Origin: Lawsonibacter asaccharolyticus
GTDB taxonomy: Bacteria; Bacillota; Clostridia; Oscillospirales; Ruminococcaceae
Reading direction: 5' to 3'
Length of the DNA: 64,000 nucleotides
Assembly: GCA_963599235.1 (NCBI GenBank)
Contig: CAVBWT010000012.1
Span: forward strand, 3,147-67,146
Shown: positions 18,132 to 27,307 of the stretch, piece after piece
Layout: each line of letters starts with the position of its first letter
Numbering within the stretch: position 1 is the stretch's first letter
Made by a program: the position numbers and the translations under genes
The notes under the pieces: generated by a model
The model's database searches: none
Told to the model about the DNA's origin: nothing
The model's input: only the letters and a program-made list of their open reading frames with translations

Positions 18132-18500
18132 ATGCGACGAATTTACGCCTGTTTTGTGATAACAGCAGTTCTTTTGACGATTGCCTTTTACAGCAGCTAC
18201 CGAGTGCAAAAGTTTGCCGAAGAAATCTCCGACGACCTCGACAATGCAATGGAAGCCATCCGGGATGAAAATTTCACCGACGCACGGCAGTTCATCACCG
18301 AAGGAGCAGAACTCTGCGACACCATGCGAGAAGGGCTAAATCATCTGCTCCGCACACAGGACTTTACCGAACTTGAAGCTGCACTCCGTGCCGCCGACGG
18401 ACATCTCGAATGGAATGCACCTGAAGAAGCATTTGGCGAGTTGCGGCGTGCGCAAGTCCAAGTCGAAACACTGGAATGGCTAGCCCGGCGGCTTCTGTGA
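18132..18500 (+). CDS. DUF4363 family protein
   Basis: 122 aa with an N-terminal TM helix followed by a helical domain. It is the usual partner directly downstream of DUF421 genes in Firmicutes. Confidence 0.65.
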   Translation: MRRIYACFVITAVLLTIAFYSSYRVQKFAEEISDDLDNAMEAIRDENFTDARQFITEGAELCDTMREGLNHLLRTQDFTELEAALRAADGHLEWNAPEEAFGELRRAQVQVETLEWLARRLL

Positions 18501-18962
18501 TTATTTTGCCCGGTCGTCCATCAGTTTTTTCAATTCGTTGAAAAAGCTTTCAACATCCGCAAACCGCTGATAGACTGAGGCAAAGCGGACATACGCCACT
18601 TCGTCGATTTTTTTCAGTTCCTGCATCGTCAGTTCCCCGATCCGCATACTGGTAACTTCACGGTCATAGGAACTCATGAGCGTCTGCTCGATACTGCTGA
18701 CCGCATGTTCCAGTGTCTCATAGCTGACCGGACGCTTCGCGCAGGCACGGAGCATAGCGTTGAGCAGTTTCTGCCGGTCGAACGGCTCCCGGGATTCATC
18801 CTTTTTAATGACGATAAGCGGCACCGTCTCCACGACCTCGTAAGTCGTAAAGCGCATATGGCAGCGCAGGCACTCCCGACGGCGGCGGATGCGCTCGCCG
18901 TCTTCGGTGGGGCGAGAGTCGATTACTTTGGACTCCTCATCCCCGCAATAGGGACATTTCAT
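18501..18962 (-). CDS. nrdR: Transcriptional repressor NrdR
   Basis: [42 protein letters not shown] zinc ribbon plus an ATP-cone. Confidence 0.95.
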   Translation of the reverse strand: MKCPYCGDEESKVIDSRPTEDGERIRRRRECLRCHMRFTTYEVVETVPLIVIKKDESREPFDRQKLLNAMLRACAKRPVSYETLEHAVSSIEQTLMSSYDREVTSMRIGELTMQELKKIDEVAYVRFASVYQRFADVESFFNELKKLMDDRAK

Positions 18963-19010
18963 AGTTGTTCCTCCTGATTTCGGTCCGAACCGGAATCTTT
19001 GTTTTTACAG

Positions 19011-21347
19011 TCAGGCCGCCTTTTTGCCGGACTTGCGGTTGCTCCAAGTAATCCATGCCGAAGTGGATACGAACAGCGAAGTAAACACACCGCTGAGCAT
19101 ACCCATCATCAGTGGGAATGCAAACGTGAAGATGCTGTCCAGACCATAGAGTTTGGCGATGACACACATCACACCCAGAGCCATGACAGTGGTAACGGTA
19201 GTGATGAGGGTGCGGCGAACAGACTGGTTGACCGACTGATTCGCCACTTCTTCAAAAGATGCCTTTTTGCCCATCAGACTGCGGTTCTCACGGATACGGT
19301 CGTAAACGACAACGGTATCGTTGATGGAGTAGCCAAGGATCGTCAGCATTGCAGCGATGAAGTTGCCGTCCAGTGGAGTACGCAGGACAACGAAGGTACC
19401 GTAAACGATCATCAGGTCACAGACCAGAGCCAGAATCGCCATCAAACCACCAGTCAGACCGCCGATATTCTTAAAACGGATAGCGATGTAAATCAGAATC
19501 AGAACCATTGCAAACAGAACGGCAACCAGACTCTTCTGGAGGAACTTAGTGCCCATTGCTGCACTGACGTTGCTCAGAGAGAGCTGCGCAAAGTTGTTCT
19601 CGGGGTAAGTCTCGTTCAGGGAGTCAATGAGGGTCTCCACCTGCTCGGTGGTAACGGTCTCTGTGCCGGGCATCGAGATCTTGAGGGTCTGCTCCCCTGT
19701 TGCGACGTTCTCGCCGGTCTGGAGAGTCAGGTCATTGCTTTCGAGCGCAGCGGATGCAGTTTTCTGAACTGCGGACTGGTCAAAGCTGTCCTCATAGCTC
19801 AAGGTGATCATTGCACCGCCAGTGAACTCAGTATCCAGCTTGACGCCGAAGAGGAACGAGCAGGACAGAACGATAACCAACAGACAGATTTCAATGCTCA
19901 GGTAACGCTTGCGCAGAGACATGAGGTCAATGACACCGACGCGCTTCTTCTCCTTGCCGGGAGCATCCGCACCGTAAAGAACAGGGTTACGGAGAGCCGG
20001 GATCGCCGCTGCGCCACGGATCATAACACGAGTAGCAAAGATGCCGAACACGAAGTTGAGAAGAACACCAGTAAGCAGAGTATAACCGAAGGCATAAATC
20101 GTACCTGCGGTAGACGGACCAAATGCAAAGAATACAAAATGCAATGCCTTTGCGAAGAAGCCATCCGACGGGCCAAATGCACCCATCAGGACGATGGCGA
20201 CGATGACGATGGTAACGTTACCGTCGATAATAGGAGTCAAACCACGGGCAAAACCACTCTTGAGCGCACCGTCCAGAGATTTGCCGCTGCGCAACTCCTC
20301 TTTGATACGCTCTGCGGTGATAACATTTGCATCAACGCCCATGCCGATAGCCAAAATGATACCGGCGATACCCGGCAGGGTCAGGGTAAAGCTTTCAAAT
20401 ACCGGGAAGTAACCCGAGACAAAAGCCAGCGTTGCAGCCACCTGACCGGCCAGTGCGATACATGCGAGAAAGCCGGGCAGACGGTAGAGGGAGATCATCA
20501 GCACAACGATGAGAGCAAATGCAATCAGGCCAGCCAGAACCATCGCGCTCAGGCTGTTCTCGCCCAGACTCGGGCTGACGGTCGAGTAGCTGTCCACCGT
20601 CAGAGCGAACGGCAATGCGCCGGAGTTGATCTGGCGTGCCATCTTGACGACATCTTCCTGCGTGAAGGGGTTTGCTGCCGAGCTGGTGATGATGGCCGAT
20701 CCGTCGGTAATGGCGGCGTTGACCGTTGCGGTGCTGACATTCTCGTCATCCAGCCAGATGCTGATGCTGCCGTTGCTGGAATAGAGCTTGGTGGTTGCAT
20801 CGCCAAAGGCTTTGGCACCTTCATCGGTGAACTTGAGCGCGACATAATACTCCGAGCTGCTGCCGTTCACGGGGCCATACTGTGCCGCCGCACTCTCGAC
20901 CATGGAGCCGTCCAGAATCAGTTCACCGTCGGCACTGCTGCCCTCCCGGAAGGTCAGATACGCCGTGGTACCGATCTCCTGAATGGCCGCTTCCGGGTCG
21001 AAATCCGTCTCACCGGACTGCCACGGGAACTCGAGGATGAGCGCGTCTGAATCGGTATCGACGTACAACTCATAGTCGGTCACATTCAGGGCGACCAGAC
21101 GGTTCTCGATGACGAGCTGCGCCGCTTCCAGCTGCTCTTCAGTAGCGTCATATCCGTCCGAAGGAACAAACGTGACGTTGACACCGCCTTTGATATCCAC
21201 ACCGAAGCGGATATCCTGTGCGCCCTTGATGTAGGTGGTGGTCGTATCGCCGTACTTGACTGCAACGCCAAAGAATGCCGTATAGACAAACGCCGCAATC
21301 AAAAGTACGGTAACGACCAGATGCCATGCTTTACCTTTTGTCTTCAT
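19011..21347 (-). CDS. secDF: Protein translocase subunit SecDF (fused)
   Basis: 778 aa. A SecD-like periplasmic domain with 6 TM is followed by a SecF-like half (LSIEICLLVIVLS..., GGLMAILALVCDLMIVYG). Confidence 0.9.
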   Translation of the reverse strand: MKTKGKAWHLVVTVLLIAAFVYTAFFGVAVKYGDTTTTYIKGAQDIRFGVDIKGGVNVTFVPSDGYDATEEQLEAAQLVIENRLVALNVTDYELYVDTDSDALILEFPWQSGETDFDPEAAIQEIGTTAYLTFREGSSADGELILDGSMVESAAAQYGPVNGSSSEYYVALKFTDEGAKAFGDATTKLYSSNGSISIWLDDENVSTATVNAAITDGSAIITSSAANPFTQEDVVKMARQINSGALPFALTVDSYSTVSPSLGENSLSAMVLAGLIAFALIVVLMISLYRLPGFLACIALAGQVAATLAFVSGYFPVFESFTLTLPGIAGIILAIGMGVDANVITAERIKEELRSGKSLDGALKSGFARGLTPIIDGNVTIVIVAIVLMGAFGPSDGFFAKALHFVFFAFGPSTAGTIYAFGYTLLTGVLLNFVFGIFATRVMIRGAAAIPALRNPVLYGADAPGKEKKRVGVIDLMSLRKRYLSIEICLLVIVLSCSFLFGVKLDTEFTGGAMITLSYEDSFDQSAVQKTASAALESNDLTLQTGENVATGEQTLKISMPGTETVTTEQVETLIDSLNETYPENNFAQLSLSNVSAAMGTKFLQKSLVAVLFAMVLILIYIAIRFKNIGGLTGGLMAILALVCDLMIVYGTFVVLRTPLDGNFIAAMLTILGYSINDTVVVYDRIRENRSLMGKKASFEEVANQSVNQSVRRTLITTVTTVMALGVMCVIAKLYGLDSIFTFAFPLMMGMLSGVFTSLFVSTSAWITWSNRKSGKKAA

Positions 21348-21365
21348 AGAAAATGGGAAACCTCC

Positions 21366-21416
21366 AAATATAATAAATCTCCTCTGCGCCGACCGGACGG
21401 CGGTGCAGGGAGATTT
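21366..21416 (-). terminator. Terminator candidate after the aminotransferase gene
   Basis: Imperfect GC-rich hairpin (TCTCCCTGCACCGCCG...CGGCGCAGAGGAGA on the minus strand) followed by TTTATTATATTT. Confidence 0.5.
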
Positions 21417-21433
21417 TACAGCTTGGGGAAGGA

Positions 21434-22714
21434 TCAGTCCTTATCAGCCAGCAGCTTTTCGACCGCTGCCAGACGGACACAGACACAGAGCAGATCAGAT
21501 GCAGTCTCGACCTCGTCCAGACTCGGATAAGTCGGAGCGATACGCAGGTGAGAATCCTGAGGATCCTTATGGTACGGATAAGCAGAGCCTGCGCCAGTCA
21601 GGGTCAAACCGCACTCCTTGCAGAGAGATGCAACACGCTTTGCACAGCCGGGCATAACGTACAGGCTGATGAAGTAGCCGCCCTTGGGATTGGTCCAGTG
21701 AGCGATATCACCGCAGGGCGTCAGCTCTTCCTCAAAAGCTGTCTTGACTGCATCGAAGCACGGGATGAGACGGCGGCGATGCTTTGCCATATGAGCCAGA
21801 ACGCCTTCCTTGTTCTTGAGGAAGCGGACATGGCGCAGCTGGTTCATCTTATCATAGCTGATGATCATGACCGAGAACCGCTTGCAGATATACTTCAGCA
21901 TCTTCTCACTGCATGCCAGAGCCGAAACGCCTGCACCCGGGAAGGTGATCTTACTGGTGGATGTGAACATGAAGACGCGATCCTCGTTGCCGTACTTCTT
22001 GGCGACGTTCAGCAGAACGGGCGTCTCGATGATCTCATCGGTCAGGTGATGGACGATATATGCCTCATCCCAGAAGATCTTGAAATCGGGCGCGGCGGTC
22101 TTCATCGAAGCGAAACGCTCGATGGTTTCATCGCTGTAAACGTAACCGTCCGGGTTGGAATACTGCGGCACACACCAGATGCCCTTGATGGTGTCATCCT
22201 CAGCGACCAGCTTCTCGACCATATCCATATCAGGGCCATTAGGAGTCATCGGAACGCTGATGAGTTCAAAGCCCATCTCCTCGGTGATGGCGAAATGACG
22301 GTCATAGCCGGGGACCGGGCAGAGGAACTTCCGCTTCTCGACCTGCGACCAAGGGCAGGGAGACTCGGGGAAACCGAACATATAACCCATTGCGACCAGA
22401 TTGTACATGAGCTGCAGGCTGGAGTTACCGCCGACAAAAACTTCGTTCCACTTGACGCCCATCACGTCCGCAAACAGTTCACGAGCCTCTTTCAGACCCT
22501 CGAGGTCACCGTAGTTACGGGCATCGGTGCCGGCATCGGTGGTGTAGTCATTCATCTGCAGCAGACCCATTGCGAGATCCATCTGGTGAGGGCCGGGCTT
22601 ACCACGAGCCATATTCAATTTCAGACCCATCGCCTGAAATTTTTTGTATTCTTCTTCCAGCTTCGCCTTTTCAGCGGTGAGCGCATCGCGATCCATCTCA
22701 AAATAATTTGCCAT
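21434..22714 (-). CDS. PLP-dependent aminotransferase, class I/II fold
   Basis: About 426 aa with a FTSTSKITFPGAGVS Schiff-base lysine region. ATG 22714 is preceded by AAAGGAG; the track start 22723 is a GTG overlapping the RBS. Confidence 0.8.
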   Translation of the reverse strand: MANYFEMDRDALTAEKAKLEEEYKKFQAMGLKLNMARGKPGPHQMDLAMGLLQMNDYTTDAGTDARNYGDLEGLKEARELFADVMGVKWNEVFVGGNSSLQLMYNLVAMGYMFGFPESPCPWSQVEKRKFLCPVPGYDRHFAITEEMGFELISVPMTPNGPDMDMVEKLVAEDDTIKGIWCVPQYSNPDGYVYSDETIERFASMKTAAPDFKIFWDEAYIVHHLTDEIIETPVLLNVAKKYGNEDRVFMFTSTSKITFPGAGVSALACSEKMLKYICKRFSVMIISYDKMNQLRHVRFLKNKEGVLAHMAKHRRRLIPCFDAVKTAFEEELTPCGDIAHWTNPKGGYFISLYVMPGCAKRVASLCKECGLTLTGAGSAYPYHKDPQDSHLRIAPTYPSLDEVETASDLLCVCVRLAAVEKLLADKD

Positions 22715-22836
22715 AGAAAACACACTCCTTTATCGTACTTCCTGTTACCCACTGTACTGGTGCCGCACCCTTGGACAGACTCTTGCCAGAGAGATATTTC
22801 TCCATCCGGTTTCTGCGCAGTCTTCCAGACTTTAAT

Positions 22837-22865
22837 ATTATAGCTCAGAATCCGTTCAGAAACAA
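22837..22865 (-). promoter_or_regulatory. Candidate sigma-A promoter of the aminotransferase gene
   Basis: Minus strand reads TTGTTT (22865..22860), 17 nt, then TATAAT (22842..22837). This leaves a leader of about 120 nt. Confidence 0.4.
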
Positions 22866-22871
22866 GATTTT

Positions 22872-22910
22872 AAAAGAAAAAAGCCCTGCAAAAGCCGAAA
22901 CTTTTTGCAG
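22872..22910 (-). terminator. Rho-independent terminator of clpX
   Basis: CTGCAAAA/TTTTGCAG 8-bp stem (22886..22893 and 22903..22910) followed on the minus strand by GGCTTTTTTCTTTT. Confidence 0.7.
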
Positions 22911-22935
22911 AGCTTCCCTTTTCCCTGGCTGATGC

Positions 22936-24270
22936 TCAGCTCAGAGAGGTCTGATTTTTATACCGTTTACGGACAGCACCGTACTCCATGTGCGCTTCGC
23001 CGTTCTCCACGGTATCCTCGTCGATGGTGACTCGGATAATGGTGGGATCATTGGGAACGTCATACATAATGGGCATCAGGATGCTCTCCATCACGCTGCG
23101 CAGGCCGCGTGCGCCAGTTTTGCGCTCGATGGTCTTGCGTGCGATAGCGTGGAGAGCTTCATCGGTGATATTCAGCTCAACGTTGTCCATCGCAAGCAGT
23201 TCCTTGTACTGCTTGACAAGGCTGTTGCGCGGCTCTTTTAGGACACGAACCAGCGCATCCTCGTCGAGATCATCCAGAACGGTGATGACCGGCAGACGGC
23301 CGATCAGCTCCGGAATAAGACCGAACTTCACGAGGTCATGTGGTTCGACCTTGCGGAGCAGAGCCTTCTGCGCATCGCTGGAAGTATCACGCAGGCTGCT
23401 GCCGAAGCCCAGAGCGGACTTGTCGGTGCGACGCTGGATGTACTTATCCAGACCATCAAATGCGCCGCCGCAGATGAACAGGATGTTTGTAGTGTCAATC
23501 TGGATAAATTCCTGTTGCGGATGCTTGCGTCCACCCTGCGGCGGAACATTGCTGACCGTGCCCTCAAGGATCTTCAGCAGAGCCTGCTGAACACCCTCGC
23601 CGCCAACATCACGAGTAATGGACGGGTTCTCACTCTTACGGGTGATCTTGTCGATCTCATCAATATAGATGATACCGATCTGTGCTTTCTGCACATCAAA
23701 ATCTGCCGCCTGAATGAGCTTGAGCAGGATGTTCTCGACATCCTCGCCAACATAGCCGGCCTCGGTCAAGGTGGTTGCGTCCGCGATAGCGAACGGGACG
23801 CCCAGCATCTTTGCCAGCGTCTGAGCCAGCAGGGTCTTGCCGACACCGGACGGGCCGAGGAGCAGGACATTCGACTTCTGAAGCTCGACGTCTGCGCCCT
23901 TGCCGCCGCTCATGATGCGCTTGTAGTGGTTGTAGACCGAAACAGCCAGAACGCGCTTTGCCTCGTCCTGTCCGATAACGTACTGGTCGAGACCCTCTTT
24001 GATCTCTGCTGGGGTCTTAATGTTGACGGAGAAACTATCTGCCGTCTGGACCCGGGCGCGCGCCGCGCTGCCACGGCTGTTGTTGTTCTGGCGGCCGGAA
24101 CCACGCTCCGGCTTGTCCGAGAGCAGGTCATAGCACAGGCCGATGCACTCGCTGCAGATATTGACGCCCGGGCCAATGATCATCCGCTCGACCTCGTCCT
24201 GATGCTTGCCGCAGAAACTGCAAACCAGGTCTTTTTCGTTTTTATCTCTGCCGGAATTGTTGTTTGCCAT
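22936..24270 (-). CDS. clpX: ATP-dependent Clp protease ATP-binding subunit ClpX
   Basis: Zinc-binding N-terminus (CSFCGK...CSECI), Walker [15 protein letters not shown] and a ClpX C-terminal domain. Confidence 0.97.
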   Translation of the reverse strand: MANNNSGRDKNEKDLVCSFCGKHQDEVERMIIGPGVNICSECIGLCYDLLSDKPERGSGRQNNNSRGSAARARVQTADSFSVNIKTPAEIKEGLDQYVIGQDEAKRVLAVSVYNHYKRIMSGGKGADVELQKSNVLLLGPSGVGKTLLAQTLAKMLGVPFAIADATTLTEAGYVGEDVENILLKLIQAADFDVQKAQIGIIYIDEIDKITRKSENPSITRDVGGEGVQQALLKILEGTVSNVPPQGGRKHPQQEFIQIDTTNILFICGGAFDGLDKYIQRRTDKSALGFGSSLRDTSSDAQKALLRKVEPHDLVKFGLIPELIGRLPVITVLDDLDEDALVRVLKEPRNSLVKQYKELLAMDNVELNITDEALHAIARKTIERKTGARGLRSVMESILMPIMYDVPNDPTIIRVTIDEDTVENGEAHMEYGAVRKRYKNQTSLS

Positions 24271-24310
24271 AGCCTTTTTTCCTTATCCTGGGTTATGATT
24301 GCGGTCAGTC

Positions 24311-24910
24311 TCAGCGGTGTGCGATAACCTCGTCGATCAGGCCGTATTCCTTGGCTTCCAGCGCAGACATGAAGTTGTCGCGCTCAGTGTCGATCTGGAT
24401 CTTTTCCAGCGGCTGGCCGGTATACTCGCTGAGCATCCGGTTCATCTTCTCACGGGTGCGGACGAGGTGTTCGGCGTGGATCTTGATATCCGTTGCCTGA
24501 CCGGACAGGCCGCCGCCCTGACCACCAGCAATGAGGGGCTGGTGGATCATGATCTCAGAGTTGGGCAGAGCGAAACGCTTGCCCTTGGTGCCGCTTGCCA
24601 GCAGGAATGCGCCCATCGAAGCCGCCATACCCATGCAGATGGTAGAAACATCGCACTTGATATAGTTCATGGTATCGTGGATGGCCATGCCTGCGCTGAT
24701 GGAACCGCCGGGGCTGTTGATATACAGGCTGATATCCTTATCCGGGTCCTGCCCTTCCAGATACAGCAGCTGTGCCACAACAAGGCTGGCGGAGGTGTCG
24801 TTGACATCCTCGCTCAAAACAATGATACGGTCGTTCAGCAGACGGGAAAAGATATCGTAGGAACGCTCCCCGTGCGCCGACTGCTCGACAACGTAAGGAA
24901 CAAAACTCAT
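24311..24910 (-). CDS. clpP: ATP-dependent Clp protease proteolytic subunit
   Basis: [24 protein letters not shown] (catalytic Ser) and IMIHQP (His). Confidence 0.97.
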   Translation of the reverse strand: MSFVPYVVEQSAHGERSYDIFSRLLNDRIIVLSEDVNDTSASLVVAQLLYLEGQDPDKDISLYINSPGGSISAGMAIHDTMNYIKCDVSTICMGMAASMGAFLLASGTKGKRFALPNSEIMIHQPLIAGGQGGGLSGQATDIKIHAEHLVRTREKMNRMLSEYTGQPLEKIQIDTERDNFMSALEAKEYGLIDEVIAHR

Positions 24911-24951
24911 AGGGTTCGCCTCCTGAAAAATAGGATTTTAATTGTATTGCA

Positions 24952-24998
24952 AAATTGACCGACACGGCAAAAGAAGACAGAGCCGTATCGGTCAATTT
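24952..24998 (-). terminator. Long imperfect palindrome between tig and clpP (possible tig terminator or operator)
   Basis: AAATTGACCGAcACGGC...GCCGTaTCGGTCAATTT forms a 16-bp stem with one internal mismatch. The U-tract is weak (TTTTGCAAT). Confidence 0.4.
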
Positions 24999-25069
24999 AA
25001 ACAACCTTTGTTACAAGGCCGACGTCAAAGCGTCTGCCTTATAAATTCTGACCGCTATGGCGGAGCAAA

Positions 25070-26386
25070 TTACTCAGCGTCCTCGGTCTTTGCGGCCTCA
25101 GCAGCCTTCTCGGTGACGTTTGCGTGACCCTTGATGAAGTCGATAGCCTTGTTGATAGCCAGATCCTTCTTCAGATCCTCGACGTTGACCAGCTCACGAA
25201 CCTTGTCCTCTTCCATCTTGTACTGGTCAGCGATGCGCTTGATCTCAGCGTTGACATCTTCCTCAGATGCCTCGATGTTCTCAGCAGCAGCAACAGCCTC
25301 CAGAGCCAGACGGATCTTGACCTGCTTCTCAGCCTGCGGCATGAAGGAAGCACGGAACTGCTCTATGGTCTGACCCATGTACTTCAGGTAGTCCTCGAGG
25401 CGCAGACCCTGCTGCTCCACACGGAATGCGAAGTCGTTGACCATCTCATCCATACGCGCGTCATACATAGCCTGAGGGATCTCAGCCTCCATGCTGTCGA
25501 TGACCTGATCGACCAGAGCATTCTCAACAGCCAGATCGTCCTGCTTGTCGAGCTGCTCCTGATTGGACTTACGGATGGACTCCTTGAAAGCCTCCAGAGT
25601 GTCGTACTCAGAGCAGTCCTTAGCCAGCTCATCGTCCAGAGCAGGCAGCTCCTTGTACTTCACTTCGTGCAGCTTGATCTTGAAGACAGCAGGCTTGCCA
25701 GCCAGCTCAGCAGCCTGATACTGCTCGGGGAAGGTGACGTTGACGTCGAACTCCTCGCCAGCAGAGTGACCAACGATCTGATCCTCAAAGCCGGGGATGA
25801 AGGAGCCGCTGCCCAGAGTCAGGCTGTAATGCTCAGCCTTGCCGCCCTCGAATGCAACACCGTCAACAAAGCCCTCGAAGTCGATATCAACGATATCGCC
25901 ATTCTGAGCAGCACCCTCACGGGTCAGCTCACGAGCGTTACGCTCCTGAACACGCTTCAGCTCAGCGTCAACAGCTGCGTCGTCAACGGTATGGACAGTC
26001 TTCTCAACGGACAGGCCGTTGTAATTGCCGACCTTGACCTCAGGCTTGACAGCGACCTTAACGGTCAGGGTGACACCCTCAGTCTCGCTTGCGGAATCGA
26101 CAGTGACCTCAGGACGACCGACCGGCTCAACGCCAGCCTCCTTGACAGCAGCCTCGAAAGCAGCCGGGAACAGCTCGTTGATGGCGTCATAGGTAAAGAC
26201 ATCTGCGCCATACATCTTCTCAATCAGAGAACGAGAAGCCTTGCCCTTACGGAAGCCGGGCACAGTGTACTTCTTGCCTTCCTTCTTGAAGACATCGGCA
26301 ACTGCGACCTTGAAAGCCTCAGCGTCGATGGAGAACTGGATCTCGGCCATGCTCTTCTCGAGCTTTTCGCACTTAATGAAATTCAT
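25070..26386 (-). CDS. tig: Trigger factor
   Basis: Ribosome-binding motif (VPGFRKGKA), a PPIase-like middle domain and an acidic C-terminus. ATG 26386 is preceded by GGAGGA at 8 nt. Confidence 0.95.
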   Translation of the reverse strand: MNFIKCEKLEKSMAEIQFSIDAEAFKVAVADVFKKEGKKYTVPGFRKGKASRSLIEKMYGADVFTYDAINELFPAAFEAAVKEAGVEPVGRPEVTVDSASETEGVTLTVKVAVKPEVKVGNYNGLSVEKTVHTVDDAAVDAELKRVQERNARELTREGAAQNGDIVDIDFEGFVDGVAFEGGKAEHYSLTLGSGSFIPGFEDQIVGHSAGEEFDVNVTFPEQYQAAELAGKPAVFKIKLHEVKYKELPALDDELAKDCSEYDTLEAFKESIRKSNQEQLDKQDDLAVENALVDQVIDSMEAEIPQAMYDARMDEMVNDFAFRVEQQGLRLEDYLKYMGQTIEQFRASFMPQAEKQVKIRLALEAVAAAENIEASEEDVNAEIKRIADQYKMEEDKVRELVNVEDLKKDLAINKAIDFIKGHANVTEKAAEAAKTEDAE

Positions 26387-26597
26387 TTTGGTTATCCTCC
26401 ACTCAAAAATTCTATTGCGCCGAACATTTCTGCCCGGCTGCAACCGCGCACCGCGTCCTGTGGGGTTTGCGAAATGCGGGGACGCGCGCGCTCAATTGGG
26501 TGCAACAATCGCGTCAAAACCTATTATAGCACGCTCTCGATACAATTGCCAGCCCAAATTTTGACTTTTTGTTATTTTTGCCAGCATTTCCTGCATT

Positions 26598-27281
26598 TTA
26601 TACAATGCAGTAGGGGTAGAAACGCAGTCCGTCCGCGCTGACAAGCTTGTAATGGATGCCGTCCACATCTCCCTGCACCGCATACCGGATGGCGTTGCCG
26701 TGCAGATGACCGTAGAAACAGCGTTTGATGCCGTACTGATTAAGGGTAGCGACGATCTCCGGCGCGCTGGTGCCGGTATAGACCGGCGGATAGTGCAGGA
26801 AGACCAGCTTTTCGCAGCCGGGCTCGGCAGCATCAAGACTCATCTTGAGACGGCCGATCTCCCGGTTCATCACCTTTTCATCGTGAGGCTCCCCGGCATC
26901 GAAGAGCCAGCCCCGGGTGCCGCAGATGGCATAGCCATCCACGGTATAGGAATTGTTATGCAGGATGTGCAGGGTGTCAAAGCCTTCCGCTTTCAGGTAG
27001 GCGTTCATCTTGTTGGCGGTGCTCCACCAGTAATCGTGGTTGCCCTTCATGATGAGCTTCTGTCCGGGAAGGTTCTGCAAAAACGCGAAATCCTTTCGGG
27101 TATCGGTCAGACGCATCGCCCAGCTGATATCGCCAGCCAGAACGATGGTGTCCTCGGGTTTGATGAGCTTGCGCCAGTTGGCTTCGAGCCGCTCAACATA
27201 ATTATTCCACCCGGGAAAGACATCCATCGGCTTGGAGGCTCCCAGCGAGAGATGCGTATCGCCAAGCACAAAAAGTGCCAT
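26598..27281 (-). CDS. Metallophosphoesterase family protein
   Basis: GDTHL, GDISW, GNHDYWW and GHLHG calcineurin-like phosphoesterase motifs. Confidence 0.8.
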   Translation of the reverse strand: MALFVLGDTHLSLGASKPMDVFPGWNNYVERLEANWRKLIKPEDTIVLAGDISWAMRLTDTRKDFAFLQNLPGQKLIMKGNHDYWWSTANKMNAYLKAEGFDTLHILHNNSYTVDGYAICGTRGWLFDAGEPHDEKVMNREIGRLKMSLDAAEPGCEKLVFLHYPPVYTGTSAPEIVATLNQYGIKRCFYGHLHGNAIRYAVQGDVDGIHYKLVSADGLRFYPYCIV

Positions 27282-27307
27282 GTTTGTTTTCTCCTGTTCT
27301 ATTGGGG

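Noticed and set aside
24952-24998. CtsR operator upstream of clpP.
   Set aside because: The GGTCAAT half-sites are inverted and widely spaced, whereas CtsR binds a tandem direct heptad repeat. The element is retained only as an unexplained palindrome.
26591-26610. Hairpin CTGCATT-gtataa-AATGCAG spanning the stop codon of the metallophosphoesterase gene, considered as a terminator.
   Set aside because: No U-tract follows it on the minus strand, and the stem is short and AT-rich. It is insufficient for a terminator call.
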